Shown here in pieces: positions 10,297 through 19,756 of a stretch of 64,000 nucleotides of DNA; the stretch's first letter is position 1; each line of letters begins with the position of its first letter. The stretch spans positions 24-64,023 of the forward strand of contig JAZDIT010000044.1 of the NCBI GenBank assembly GCA_043804755.1, read 5' to 3'. The notes below the pieces were generated by a model. That model saw only the letters and a program-made list of their open reading frames with translations. It ran no database searches and was not told the DNA's origin. The position numbers were made by a program, and so were the translations under genes. This stretch comes from Patescibacteria group bacterium (lineage in GTDB: Bacteria; Patescibacteriota; Minisyncoccia; Minisyncoccales; JAQTPW01).

Positions 10297-10668
10297 ATGA
10301 TACAACTGAGAACAAGATTAAAAGTCGCCGATAATACGGGAGCGAAAATCCTGCAGTGTTTTCATATTTTAGGAGGAAGCAAAAGGAAATGGGGCCAACT
10401 GGGCGACATGATAGTCGGCGTCGTAAAAGAAGCGGAGCCCAGGAGATTGGTAAAAAAACATGAGGTAATCAGGGCGGTTATCATAAGGCAAAAGAAATTA
10501 TACAAGAGACGGGACGGTTCATATATCCGTTTTGACGACAATGCCTGTGTCATTTTGGAAGGAAAAACCAAGGAACCGAAAGGGGGACGAATTTTAGGTC
10601 CCGTTGCAAAGGAAGTGAAAGAAAAGGGATTTGACAATGTTGCGGCTTTGGCCGAAGAGTTAATATAA
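10297..10668 (+). CDS. rplN: 50S ribosomal protein L14
   Basis: MIQLRTRLKVADNTGAK... L14. Confidence 0.95.
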   Translation: MIQLRTRLKVADNTGAKILQCFHILGGSKRKWGQLGDMIVGVVKEAEPRRLVKKHEVIRAVIIRQKKLYKRRDGSYIRFDDNACVILEGKTKEPKGGRILGPVAKEVKEKGFDNVAALAEELI

Positions 10669-10776
10669 GAACCTTCGCAAAGCGAAGAACCTTGGATGTC
10701 TGCGGCAAATAAGAACCTTGCCTTCGGCAAGAACCTTGTCTTTTCACTGCGGCTCAGAAATAAAATATTCAAAATT
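10666..10776 (+). repeat. Two tandem intercistronic repeat units, rplN-rplX junction
   Basis: TAAGAACCTTCGCAAAGCGAAGAACCTTGG... then TAAGAACCTTGCCTTCGGCAAGAACCTTGTC...GGCTCAGAAATAAAAT. Confidence 0.85.
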
Positions 10777-11082
10777 ATGAAATTGAAAAAAGGAGATACA
10801 GTTTTAATAATTTCGGGAAAATACCGTGGTAAAAAGGGAAAAGTTTTGGTTTCTTTTCCTGAAGCGGAAAAGGTTTTGGTTGAAGGGATTAATATAAGGA
10901 AAAAGCACCAGAAGGCAAAAAAAGAGGGACAAAAGGGTCAGATAATAGAGATGCCTGCTCCCATTTCGGTTTCGAATGCGATGCTGGTTTGTCCCAAATG
11001 CGGCCAGGCCACGAGAATTGGTTCAAAATTAGTTGAAAAAAAGAGATACAGGAGCTGCAAGAAATGCGGCCAAGAAATATAA
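10777..11082 (+). CDS. rplX: 50S ribosomal protein L24 with a C-terminal Cys4 zinc ribbon
   Basis: Start moved to the ATG at 10777 (MKLKKGDTVLIISGKYRGKKGKV); C-terminus CPKCGQ...CKKCGQ; the track's N-terminal extension is a translated repeat. Confidence 0.9.
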   Translation: MKLKKGDTVLIISGKYRGKKGKVLVSFPEAEKVLVEGINIRKKHQKAKKEGQKGQIIEMPAPISVSNAMLVCPKCGQATRIGSKLVEKKRYRSCKKCGQEI

Positions 11083-11134
11083 GAACCTTGCCTACGGCAA
11101 GAACCTTGTTTCTTCGCTGAGGCTCAGAAATAAA
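11080..11134 (+). repeat. Intercistronic repeat unit, rplX-rplE junction
   Basis: TAAGAACCTTGCCTACGGCAAGAACCTTGTTTCTTCGCTGAGGCTCAGAAATAAA-ATG. Confidence 0.85.
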
Positions 11135-11689
11135 ATGACATATTTGCAAGAAAAATATAAAAAAGAAGTTATTCCTGCAATGAAGGAAAAATTCGGATTC
11201 AAAAGTCCGATGGCGGTTCCCAGAATTGAAAAAATAGTCGTGAATACCGGTTTCGGAAGGGGAGTTGCCGGAAAGTCTTCTGAAGATCAAAAGAAAATAC
11301 AAAAGGGTATTTCGGACGATTTGGATTTGATTTGTGGCCAAAAGTCAATTTTAAAACCGGCCAAAAAATCCATAGCTAGTTTTAAAATTAGAGAAGATAT
11401 GCCCATAGGAGCCGCAGTTACCTTAAGGAGGAAAAAAATGTATGATTTTCTTGAAAGGCTAATTCAAATAACATTGCCGAGAATGCGCGACTTTCGGGGA
11501 GTGGATTCAAAGGCGGTTGATAAAAGAGGAAATTTGACTTTGGGGATAAAAGAACATATTGTTTTTCCGGAAGTATCACCCGAAAGAGCAAAAAACATCT
11601 TTGGATTGGAGATTACCATCGTTATGAATGCGAGAAACAAGGAAGAGGGCGTACAATTATTAAAATTAATGGGTTTTCCTTTAAAGTAA
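11135..11689 (+). CDS. rplE: 50S ribosomal protein L5
   Basis: Start moved to the ATG at 11135 (MTYLQEKYKKEVIPAM...); L5 family. Confidence 0.92.
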   Translation: MTYLQEKYKKEVIPAMKEKFGFKSPMAVPRIEKIVVNTGFGRGVAGKSSEDQKKIQKGISDDLDLICGQKSILKPAKKSIASFKIREDMPIGAAVTLRRKKMYDFLERLIQITLPRMRDFRGVDSKAVDKRGNLTLGIKEHIVFPEVSPERAKNIFGLEITIVMNARNKEEGVQLLKLMGFPLK

Positions 11690-11734
11690 ATTAAATAATA
11701 AACTTTCTGTTAATTTCTTATTATATCCGAAATT

Positions 11735-11920
11735 ATGGCAACGAAATCACAAATCGAAAAATCTAAAAAAAAGCCTAAATTCAAATGCAGGGTTGTCAGA
11801 AGATGCTTCAGATGCGGCAGAAAAAGAGCATATATGCGAAAATTCGGATTATGCAGGGTTTGTTTCAGGGAAATGGCCAACAAAGGATTGATCCCAGGGA
11901 TCAGGAAATCATCTTGGTAA
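11735..11920 (+). CDS. rpsN: 30S ribosomal protein S14, zinc-binding type Z
   Basis: 61 aa, [26 protein letters not shown]. Confidence 0.93.
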   Translation: MATKSQIEKSKKKPKFKCRVVRRCFRCGRKRAYMRKFGLCRVCFREMANKGLIPGIRKSSW

Positions 11921-11959
11921 AAGAACAGAAAACAAAAATAATAAATTTCAAACATCACC

Positions 11960-12346
11960 ATGGATAAAATCTCCGAAATGCTAACCTCAATAAGAAATGC
12001 ACAAGCCGTGTTGAAACCGGCGATTTCTGTTCCTTATTCGGATTTGAAATACGAAATCGCAAAGATACTGGAAAAGGAAGGATTTGTCGAAAAAATTGAG
12101 AAAAAAGGGAAAAAAGTCAAAAAAACCTTTGAAATAAATTTGAAATACAAAGACGGATATCCAGCAATTTCCGGCCTGAAAAAAGTTTCAAAGCCTGGGC
12201 AAAGGATTTACGTAAATTACAAGGAGATTAAGCTGGTTATGGGAGGATTCGGATTTTCCGTCATTTCCACCTCAAAAGGCGTTTTGACCAACAAAGAAGC
12301 GAGAAAACAAAAAGTCGGAGGAGAATTAATTTGTGAAGTTTGGTAA
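11960..12346 (+). CDS. rpsH: 30S ribosomal protein S8
   Basis: S8 family. Confidence 0.92.
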   Translation: MDKISEMLTSIRNAQAVLKPAISVPYSDLKYEIAKILEKEGFVEKIEKKGKKVKKTFEINLKYKDGYPAISGLKKVSKPGQRIYVNYKEIKLVMGGFGFSVISTSKGVLTNKEARKQKVGGELICEVW

Positions 12347-12347
12347 C

Positions 12348-12914
12348 ATGAGCAGAATAGGGAAAAAGCCAATAAAAATACCAGAAAAAGTTGAGGTTAA
12401 AATAGATTGTGTCACACCAACGACCCAAAAGATTTTCGTTTCCGGACCGAAGGGTGAATTGTCTTTGGATGTTCCGAAAGAAGCCAGAGCCGAAATAAAA
12501 GAAGGCAGTATATTCGTTTATCCGCAGGTTGAAACGAAAAAAACTAAAGCAATGTGGGGATTATTTAGAGCGTTGATTTTTAATCTGATAGAGGGCGTAA
12601 CAAAAGGATATGAAAAGAAGCTGGAAATTGAGGGTATAGGTTATGGCGCTCAGGCGATAGGAGCAGAATTGGAATTAAAAGTCGGATATATTAATACTAT
12701 AAAGTTAAAGGCTCCCGCCGGAATAAATTTTTCGACTGAAAAGAACGTAATTACCGTTTCAGGGATAGATAAGGAATTGGTCGGCCAGATTGCGGCGAAA
12801 ATCAGGAAAATAAAACCAGTCGAACCCTATAAAGGGAAAGGAATAAAATATGTGGGAGAAGTTGTCAGGAGAAAAGTCGGTAAGAGAGTAGCTGCAACCA
12901 CTCCCGGAGCTTAA
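12348..12914 (+). CDS. rplF: 50S ribosomal protein L6
   Basis: Start at the ATG at 12348 ([12 protein letters not shown]); L6 family. Confidence 0.92.
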   Translation: MSRIGKKPIKIPEKVEVKIDCVTPTTQKIFVSGPKGELSLDVPKEARAEIKEGSIFVYPQVETKKTKAMWGLFRALIFNLIEGVTKGYEKKLEIEGIGYGAQAIGAELELKVGYINTIKLKAPAGINFSTEKNVITVSGIDKELVGQIAAKIRKIKPVEPYKGKGIKYVGEVVRRKVGKRVAATTPGA

Positions 12915-12919
12915 AAAAT

Positions 12920-13312
12920 ATGTTAGAAAGAAAAGGCAAAAGAATAAGGCGTCATAAAAGAATCAGAGCCAAAATAACCGGCACGAAAGAGAGGCCACGT
13001 CTTGGAGTTTTCTGTTCAAATGCACATATCTATGCGCAATTGATAAATGACGAAAAGGGCAAGGTTTTGGCGATTGCAAGCGATCTCAAATTGAAGAAGC
13101 AGCAAACCGGACAAAAAAGCGAAGTCAAAAAAGAAGGAGAGATAAAAAGAACGGGAAAGGTGGCCAAGGCTTTTGAAGTGGGCAAATTATTGGCAAAATC
13201 GGCCATGGAGCTGAAAATCGAAAATGTTGTTTTTGACAGAGGAGGTTTCCAGTATCACGGGGTGGTTAAAGCTTTGGCAGACGGAGCCAGAGAGGGAGGA
13301 TTAAAATTTTAA
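12920..13312 (+). CDS. rplR: 50S ribosomal protein L18
   Basis: L18 family. Confidence 0.9.
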   Translation: MLERKGKRIRRHKRIRAKITGTKERPRLGVFCSNAHIYAQLINDEKGKVLAIASDLKLKKQQTGQKSEVKKEGEIKRTGKVAKAFEVGKLLAKSAMELKIENVVFDRGGFQYHGVVKALADGAREGGLKF

Positions 13313-13329
13313 ATTAAACATCAGAGAAA

Positions 13330-13872
13330 ATGGAAAACACGCAAAAAGAAACAAGTAAAAAAACGGACAGGCCTCAATTTTCGATGAACAGGCGGTCGTT
13401 TTCTCCTAAACCGGCTTCGGAGTTTGATTCGAAACTTCTGGATTTGGCGAGGGTTACAAGAGTCACTAAAGGTGGAAAACAAATGAGATTCCGTGCCGTT
13501 GTCGTCATCGGAGACAAGATAAAAAGAGTCGGCGTAGGAGTTGCAAAGGGTCTGGATGTCCAGCAAGCCGTTGAAAAAGCGACAAGGATGGCCAGAAAGA
13601 ACATGATTGAAGTGCCGATAGTCCAGGGTTCAATTCCGCACGAAGTTTATGCGAAATACGGACCGGCTGAAGTTTTACTCCGTCCGCAAAGGAAAGGAAG
13701 AGGTTTGGTGGCGGGAGGAACCGTAAGGGTTATTTGCGCTTTGGGAGGAATAAAGGATATTTCTTCGAAAATTTTAGGAAGAACGGGAAATAAATTGAAC
13801 AATGCAATGGCGACAATCATAGCATTAAAAAAGATTAAACATGGAATTACACCAGTTAAGGCCAACTCATAA
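13330..13872 (+). CDS. rpsE: 30S ribosomal protein S5
   Basis: S5 family (dsRBD plus S5 C-terminal domain). Confidence 0.92.
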   Translation: MENTQKETSKKTDRPQFSMNRRSFSPKPASEFDSKLLDLARVTRVTKGGKQMRFRAVVVIGDKIKRVGVGVAKGLDVQQAVEKATRMARKNMIEVPIVQGSIPHEVYAKYGPAEVLLRPQRKGRGLVAGGTVRVICALGGIKDISSKILGRTGNKLNNAMATIIALKKIKHGITPVKANS

Positions 13873-14272
13873 GCGGAAAAAAACAAAAAGAATAGGAAGA
13901 GGAGGCGTCCATGGATTCAATTGCGGCAGGGGAGCCAAGGGCCAGAATTCGAGAGCCGGAAAGAAATTCAAGCCGATTATCCGCGAATTGATTAAAAGAT
14001 ATCCCAAACTGAGAGGTTACAGATCCAAGAAAATTAATGATAAGCCCGCGGTTTTGAATTTGGAAATTCTGGACAAAAAGTTTGAAAGTGGGGATAAAAT
14101 ATCGCCGAAAGTGTTGATAGAAAAAAGAATAATCCGTAGAATAAATGGTAGAGTCCCCAAAGTCAAGATTCTGAGCAAGGGGGAGTTGAAAAAAGCCTTG
14201 ATTTTCGAAAATATCTCAGTTTCAAAAATCGCAAAAGAGAAAATCGAGAAAGCCGGCGGCGAAATAAAATAG
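13841..14272 (+). CDS. rplO: 50S ribosomal protein L15 (follows S5 directly; no L30 gene)
   Basis: MELHQLRPTHKRKKTKRIGRGG... L15; overlaps the rpsE 3' end by 32 nt. Confidence 0.9.
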   Translation: MELHQLRPTHKRKKTKRIGRGGVHGFNCGRGAKGQNSRAGKKFKPIIRELIKRYPKLRGYRSKKINDKPAVLNLEILDKKFESGDKISPKVLIEKRIIRRINGRVPKVKILSKGELKKALIFENISVSKIAKEKIEKAGGEIK

Positions 14273-14293
14273 AGGAATCGTTTCAAAAAATAA

Positions 14294-15574
14294 ATGAATT
14301 GGTTCAATAAATTAATCCAAATTTTCAAAACACCGGATCTGAGGAAAAAAATCCTCTTTGTATTGGGGATTTTTGCTATTTTCAGGATAATGGCGAATAT
14401 TCCCGTCCCGGGGATCGACGCCGAAAATATCAAGAATTTCTTCAATCAATTCCAGGTTTTCGGACTTTTGAATGCTTTCACCGGAGGAGCTTTGGATAAT
14501 CTTTCAATCATTATGTTAGGATTAGGGCCTTATATCACCGCCACGATTATTTTTCAGTTGCTGACGATGATTTTTCCCCAACTCGAAAAAATATACAAGG
14601 AAGAAGGAGCAGCCGGACGCCAAAAATTCAATCAGTATTGCCGGATAGGCGCCGTACCTTTGGCCGCTCTTCAGGCCTATGCAATGCTTATGCTTTTCCA
14701 AAGACAGAACGTCATCGGCACATTGTCGCCGAGCGTACTTTTAACTTCTATAGTCACAATTACCGCGGGCGCAGTATTTTTGATGTGGCTCGGAGAATTG
14801 ATTTCCGAAAAAGGAATAGGAAACGGAGTTTCTCTCCTTATTTTTGCCGGAATCGTAGCCGATTTTCCGAACAGTTTACGGCAGATACTTGTCGCCTGGG
14901 ACCCTTCTAAAATTCTTTTTTATATTTTATTTTTCACGATGTCTCTGCTTATCATAGCTGGCGTCGTTTTAATCAATGAGGCAAGAAGAAACATACCCGT
15001 TTCTTACGCCAAAAGAGTTCGGGGCACGAAAATGTACGGGGGCGTTTCCACCTACCTGCCTCTGAACGTAAATCCGGCAGGTGTAATCCCCATAATTTTC
15101 GCATTGTCGATTTTAATGATTCCCGGAATGGTGGGAAGTTTCTTGAGCGGGGCGAGCGGCCAAGTCGGGAACATTGCAAAAGGCGTTGCCGATTTTTTCC
15201 AGGATCCCTGGACGAACGGTATATTTTATTTCGTACTGGTCGTCGTTTTCACTTACTTTTATACCGCAGTCACGTTTGATCCCAAAGCCATTTCGGAAAA
15301 TCTTCAAAAAATGGGTGGATTTGTGCCGGGAATTCGTCCCGGGCAGTCAACCGCAAGTTTCATGTATTATATCCTGAATCGAGTGCTGTTAATCGGAGCT
15401 TTATTTTTGGGCACGATCGCCATCATGCCTTCGATTGTCCAGGGCATAACCAATATCCAGCAATTCCAATTTTTAGTCGGGGGCACTTCGCTACTCATCG
15501 TTGTTTCCGTTGTTCTGGAGACCATGAGGCAGATAAAAGCCCAGCTTCAGATGAGGGATTATGAAACTTTCTAA
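14294..15574 (+). CDS. secY: Preprotein translocase subunit SecY
   Basis: 10-TM SecY family; spc operon position. Confidence 0.95.
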   Translation: MNWFNKLIQIFKTPDLRKKILFVLGIFAIFRIMANIPVPGIDAENIKNFFNQFQVFGLLNAFTGGALDNLSIIMLGLGPYITATIIFQLLTMIFPQLEKIYKEEGAAGRQKFNQYCRIGAVPLAALQAYAMLMLFQRQNVIGTLSPSVLLTSIVTITAGAVFLMWLGELISEKGIGNGVSLLIFAGIVADFPNSLRQILVAWDPSKILFYILFFTMSLLIIAGVVLINEARRNIPVSYAKRVRGTKMYGGVSTYLPLNVNPAGVIPIIFALSILMIPGMVGSFLSGASGQVGNIAKGVADFFQDPWTNGIFYFVLVVVFTYFYTAVTFDPKAISENLQKMGGFVPGIRPGQSTASFMYYILNRVLLIGALFLGTIAIMPSIVQGITNIQQFQFLVGGTSLLIVVSVVLETMRQIKAQLQMRDYETF

Positions 15575-16238
15575 AAAAAATCCACTAATTATAATTTTAC
15601 TCGGCAAATCCGGCTCCGGAAAAGGTACGCAGGCCGATCTTTTGGTTGAAAAGTTCAAGCTTGATTATATAGGAAGCGGAGACCTGTTAAGGAACAGGGC
15701 AAAGAAAAACGACTTTGTCGGCAAAAGAATTGCCCAAATTCTTTCAGAAGGAGATCTTATCCCGCTGCCTGCGATTTTTAAATTATGGATGGATGAAACG
15801 GAGAAAATCATAAACAAAAACAAAAACTTCCGGGGTATGGTTATGGACGGAAATCCTAGAAGAATCATGGAAGCTTACCTCATTGACGATGTTTTCAAAT
15901 TTTACAGATGGGACAAAAATGTGAAAGTGTTTCTGGTAGATATTTCCGACAAGGAGGCGATTTGGCGGCTGACAAACAGGAGAATCTGCAAAAAGTGCAA
16001 AGAAATAGTTCCTTTCACGAAAGAGTTCAGAAACATAAAAGTTTGCCCGCAGTGTGGCGGCGAGCTTGAAAAACGATCAGATGATACGATAAGCTCCGTC
16101 AAAAAAAGATTGGCCTGGTTTCGGAAAGACGTACAGCCGATAGTGAATTATTACAAAAAAGCGGGAAAACTGGTAAAAATTGACGGGGAGCAGAGCATAG
16201 AAAACGTTTTCAAAGACATTTTAAAGGCGCTTAAATGA
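15561..16238 (+). CDS. adk: Adenylate kinase with a zinc-binding lid
   Basis: GKSGSGKGTQ P-loop; lid CKKC...CPQC. Confidence 0.93.
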   Translation: MKLSKKNPLIIILLGKSGSGKGTQADLLVEKFKLDYIGSGDLLRNRAKKNDFVGKRIAQILSEGDLIPLPAIFKLWMDETEKIINKNKNFRGMVMDGNPRRIMEAYLIDDVFKFYRWDKNVKVFLVDISDKEAIWRLTNRRICKKCKEIVPFTKEFRNIKVCPQCGGELEKRSDDTISSVKKRLAWFRKDVQPIVNYYKKAGKLVKIDGEQSIENVFKDILKALK

Positions 16239-16251
16239 CCTTTTGGGAAAC

Positions 16252-17061
16252 ATGATCAAAATAAAAACTTCCGAAGAGATTGAAATAATATCAGAGGGTG
16301 GAAAAATCCTGGCAGGAATTATGAAAGAGCTGGAAAAGCAGGTTAAGCCGGGAATTGCCACAAAAGAACTAGACAGGCTCGCAGAGGGCCTGATTTTAAA
16401 TTCAGGAAGCGAATGTTCGTTCAAAAATTATTGTGTGCCAGATGACAGTTCTTTGCGGGATCCGTATCCCTCCTGTCTTTGCACTTCCATAAATGAAGAA
16501 ATCGTCCATGCGATACCTTCCGTAAGGGTCTTAAAAGAAGGGGATATCCTTTCGCTGGATTTGGGACTGAAACATAACGGTTTCCATTCTGATATGGCCC
16601 TGACCGTTCCGGTGGGCGAAGTTGACCAAAAGGTCAGGAAACTGATTGAGGTTACTAAAGAGGCATTGGAAATAGGGATAAAACAAATAAAGCCGGGAAA
16701 CAAGATCGGCGACATCAGCCGGGCCATACAAAAATACGTAGAAGGCTGGGGGTTCAACGTCGTCCGTGAACTTTGCGGCCATGGCATAGGAAAAGATGTC
16801 CACGAAGATCCGGAAATTCTGAATTCTGTTTCTTTTGACAAGATAACCGTGGATAAAGTGGATTATTACGGTAACGGGGAAATAGAATTGAAAGAAGGCA
16901 TGGTTTTGTGCGTGGAACCGATGGTGACGGTGGGCGATTGGCGGATCAAAAGATCAAAAGACGGATTCGGATTTGAAACGAAGGACGGTAGTTTGTCGTG
17001 CCACTTCGAGCACACGATAGCCGTCACAAAAAACGGCCATTCGATTTTAACTGCACTATAG
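16252..17061 (+). CDS. map: Methionine aminopeptidase type I
   Basis: MetAP fold; start set at the ATG at 16252 (the track used TTG at 16243). Confidence 0.9.
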   Translation: MIKIKTSEEIEIISEGGKILAGIMKELEKQVKPGIATKELDRLAEGLILNSGSECSFKNYCVPDDSSLRDPYPSCLCTSINEEIVHAIPSVRVLKEGDILSLDLGLKHNGFHSDMALTVPVGEVDQKVRKLIEVTKEALEIGIKQIKPGNKIGDISRAIQKYVEGWGFNVVRELCGHGIGKDVHEDPEILNSVSFDKITVDKVDYYGNGEIELKEGMVLCVEPMVTVGDWRIKRSKDGFGFETKDGSLSCHFEHTIAVTKNGHSILTAL

Positions 17062-17066
17062 GAACT

Positions 17067-17090
17067 GCGCCGGGCATCCGGCGCTTTTTA
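17067..17090 (+). terminator. Rho-independent terminator after map (GCGCCGGGCATCCGGCGC + TTTTTA)
   Basis: Perfect GC hairpin followed by a T-run. Confidence 0.7.
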
Positions 17091-17136
17091 ATTTTAAGAT
17101 TGATTTAAGATCTGCAAAACGGTAAAATAACATAAT

Positions 17137-17859
17137 ATGCATCTATCCGTTGTCATTCCGGCCTATAATGAAGAAAAAAGATTGCCCAAAACTCTTGAGG
17201 TAATTGACTTGTATCTGGAAAAGAAAAATTACGATTATGAGATAATCGTTGTTTCGGACGGATCGAAAGATAAAACTGCTGAAACCGTGAATAGTTTGAA
17301 ATCGCATATTGCAAACTTGAAATTGATCGATAATAAAGAAAATCGCGGTAAAGGATATGTCACGAGACAGGGAATGCTTGCAGCTGCCGGAGATTTCAGA
17401 TTGTTTACCGACGCCGATGATTCAACCTCAATCGATCAAATCGAAAAAATGTGGCCCGAATTTGAAAACGGTTACGATATAGTCATCGGTTCACGGGACG
17501 TGAAAGGCGCCATTTTGGATCCGCCTCAGCCGTGGATAAGGAAAAACGTTCTGGGCGAAGGATTTGAACTGTTCAGAAAAATTGTCATCGGCCTTTGGGA
17601 CATCCATGATACCCAGTGCGGATTCAAATGTTTTACGAAAAAATCGGCGGAAGCAATTTTTCCGAAATGCACCATTGACCGTTTCGCATTCGATCCGGAA
17701 ATTCTGGTTATTGCCAGAAAAATGGAATGCAAAATAAAAGAAATTCCCGTCATCTGGAAAAACGACCTGTCTTCCACGGTTAAATTGAAATCAATGATAA
17801 AGATGGCCCTCGATTTGATAAAAATCAGACTGAATTTGATTAATAAAAAATATGGATAA
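17137..17859 (+). CDS. GT2 family glycosyltransferase (polyprenol/dolichol-phosphate sugar transferase-like)
   Basis: VVIPAYNEE ... DADDS ... GFKCF motifs of GT-A family 2. Confidence 0.8.
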   Translation: MHLSVVIPAYNEEKRLPKTLEVIDLYLEKKNYDYEIIVVSDGSKDKTAETVNSLKSHIANLKLIDNKENRGKGYVTRQGMLAAAGDFRLFTDADDSTSIDQIEKMWPEFENGYDIVIGSRDVKGAILDPPQPWIRKNVLGEGFELFRKIVIGLWDIHDTQCGFKCFTKKSAEAIFPKCTIDRFAFDPEILVIARKMECKIKEIPVIWKNDLSSTVKLKSMIKMALDLIKIRLNLINKKYG

Positions 17860-18910
17860 AAAACCTGCCCCGTCCCGAATCGGAAGTTCCGGTGCGGGGT
17901 TTCCTTCGGAGTTGAGGTTCGATCCTGTCAGCAGGGATTGGGTTGTTATTGCCACTGGACGGGCGAAAAGACCGGAAATGTTCAAGGACGAATCGAGAAA
18001 AAAAGAAAACGCGCCGAAAGAAGATTGTCCGTTTTGTAAAATGAGCAAGCAGGAAAAACCCGCTTTAATCATATCCGGCGGGAAAAAAGCGGTGATTGGC
18101 GATAAATTGCCGGACGACTGGTCGGTAGTCGTAATACCGAACAAATACCCCGCTTTCTGCAAATCTGATTCATTGAACGCAAGATCTGACGGTCCCTATC
18201 AGATAATGGATAGCGTCGGTTTCCACGAAGTCGTCATAACGCGGGACCATGAGAAAAAACTGGCCAATTTATCTTTAGAGCAAATGAAAGAGGTGATTGA
18301 CGCGTATCAGGATAGATATCTGGTTTTGAAAAAAAACAAATTCGTATCTTATATTTTGATTTTTCACAACAGCTCCCGGGAAGCCGGAGCTTCCATCGCC
18401 CATCCGCACTCGCAAATAATTGCAATTCCTTTTATAGATCCCGATCTCCATTCCAGTATTAACGGTTCCAGGGTTTATTTCCAAACTCACGAAGAATGCG
18501 TCCATTGCGTGATGTTGGATTGGGACAGAAAGGATGGCAGGAGAATCGTTTTCGAAAACGAAGATTTTGTCGTTTTAATACCATTCGCTTCCCGGATAGC
18601 TTTCGAAACGAGGGTTTATCCCAAAAAACATCAGGTGCATTTCGAGGATATAACCGATAACCAGAAAAAATTCTTTGCCGAGGCCCTTAAAGTCGCCCTG
18701 GAAAAGCTTTACAAAGGGCTTGATGACCCTCCGTACAATTTTTTCATCCATACGGCTCCCTGCGACGGCAGAGATTATGGCCATTATCACTGGCATCTGG
18801 AAATTTTTCCCAAAACTTCCACGTGGGCCGGATTCGAACTTGGAGCGGGTATCGAGATTTCAACTATTGAGCCGGAAGCGGCCGCGGAGTACTTAAGAAA
18901 GCAGAAATAA
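17852..18910 (+). CDS. galT: Galactose-1-phosphate uridylyltransferase (HIT family, class I)
   Basis: CPFC zinc site, HPHSQ active-site motif, 352 aa. Confidence 0.8.
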   Translation: MDKKPAPSRIGSSGAGFPSELRFDPVSRDWVVIATGRAKRPEMFKDESRKKENAPKEDCPFCKMSKQEKPALIISGGKKAVIGDKLPDDWSVVVIPNKYPAFCKSDSLNARSDGPYQIMDSVGFHEVVITRDHEKKLANLSLEQMKEVIDAYQDRYLVLKKNKFVSYILIFHNSSREAGASIAHPHSQIIAIPFIDPDLHSSINGSRVYFQTHEECVHCVMLDWDRKDGRRIVFENEDFVVLIPFASRIAFETRVYPKKHQVHFEDITDNQKKFFAEALKVALEKLYKGLDDPPYNFFIHTAPCDGRDYGHYHWHLEIFPKTSTWAGFELGAGIEISTIEPEAAAEYLRKQK

Positions 18911-18913
18911 TTT

Positions 18914-19675
18914 ATGAAGCCATTAATTGTTGCAAACTGGAAATGCAAACCCGCGACTTCTAAAGAGGCCGTTGAACTCTTCAATAAGATATCGGAAGGC
19001 GTGGAAGATGCCAGAAACGTTGAGGTTGTTATTTGCCCTCCTTTTATTTATCTCCCTGAAATCAATAATAAATATCACATATCACTTGGCGCCCAGAATT
19101 GTTTTTTAGATAAAAAAGATGTTTCCAGCCAGGTTATTTCTCCGCAAGCTGCGAAAGAAGCCGGATGCGAATATATAATTATCGGGCATTCTTCACGAAG
19201 AATTTTTTTAGGGGAAACTGACGAAATAGTAAACAGGGGGTTAAAGGATGCCCTTTTTGCCGGTCTTTTGCCGATCTTTTGCACGGGCGAGACAAACAAA
19301 GAGAGAGAAATGGGTCGGACTGAAGATGTTTTAGAAAGGCAAATTAGAAAAGGATTGGATGGAATCTCCGCCAGTGAGGTTTCGAAGATCGTGATCACAT
19401 ATGAACCCGTATGGGCGATCAGTGAAGGCGATCCTTACAAGACAAAAGAAATTCCCACTCCCGAGAATATAAAAAAAGCCAAAGTTTTTATCGAAAATAT
19501 TCTTAAGAAAATCTACGGTAGTGGTGGTGGTACCATCAGAATTATTTATGGCGGCAGTGCCAATGCGGATAATTCAAAATGGATTTTAGAGGACGCCGGC
19601 ATGGATGGGCTTCTGGTGGGCGGCGCTTCTCTTGACCCGCAGGAGTTCTTGAAAATTGTAAAAAACTGCCGCTAA
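18914..19675 (+). CDS. tpiA: Triosephosphate isomerase
   Basis: ANWK, IIGHSSRR, YEPVWAI, GGS motifs. Confidence 0.9.
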   Translation: MKPLIVANWKCKPATSKEAVELFNKISEGVEDARNVEVVICPPFIYLPEINNKYHISLGAQNCFLDKKDVSSQVISPQAAKEAGCEYIIIGHSSRRIFLGETDEIVNRGLKDALFAGLLPIFCTGETNKEREMGRTEDVLERQIRKGLDGISASEVSKIVITYEPVWAISEGDPYKTKEIPTPENIKKAKVFIENILKKIYGSGGGTIRIIYGGSANADNSKWILEDAGMDGLLVGGASLDPQEFLKIVKNCR

Positions 19676-19698
19676 ACAAGCTGTAAAATTCCAAAAAT

Positions 19699-19718
19699 GC
19701 CGCTTTGAGCGGCGTTTT
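19699..19718 (+). terminator. Rho-independent terminator after tpiA (GCCGCTTTGAGCGGC + GTTTT)
   Basis: Hairpin plus T tract. Confidence 0.6.
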
Positions 19719-19721
19719 CAT

Positions 19722-19750
19722 TAGACAGTTTACATTCGTTATTTTATAAT
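19722..19750 (+). promoter_or_regulatory. Candidate promoter TAGACA-17-TATAAT; ATG at 19757 sits at +7 (leaderless start)
   Basis: 5/6 at -35 and 6/6 at -10, 17-nt spacer; no ribosome-binding site before the ATG. Confidence 0.4.
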
Positions 19751-19756
19751 AAATCT

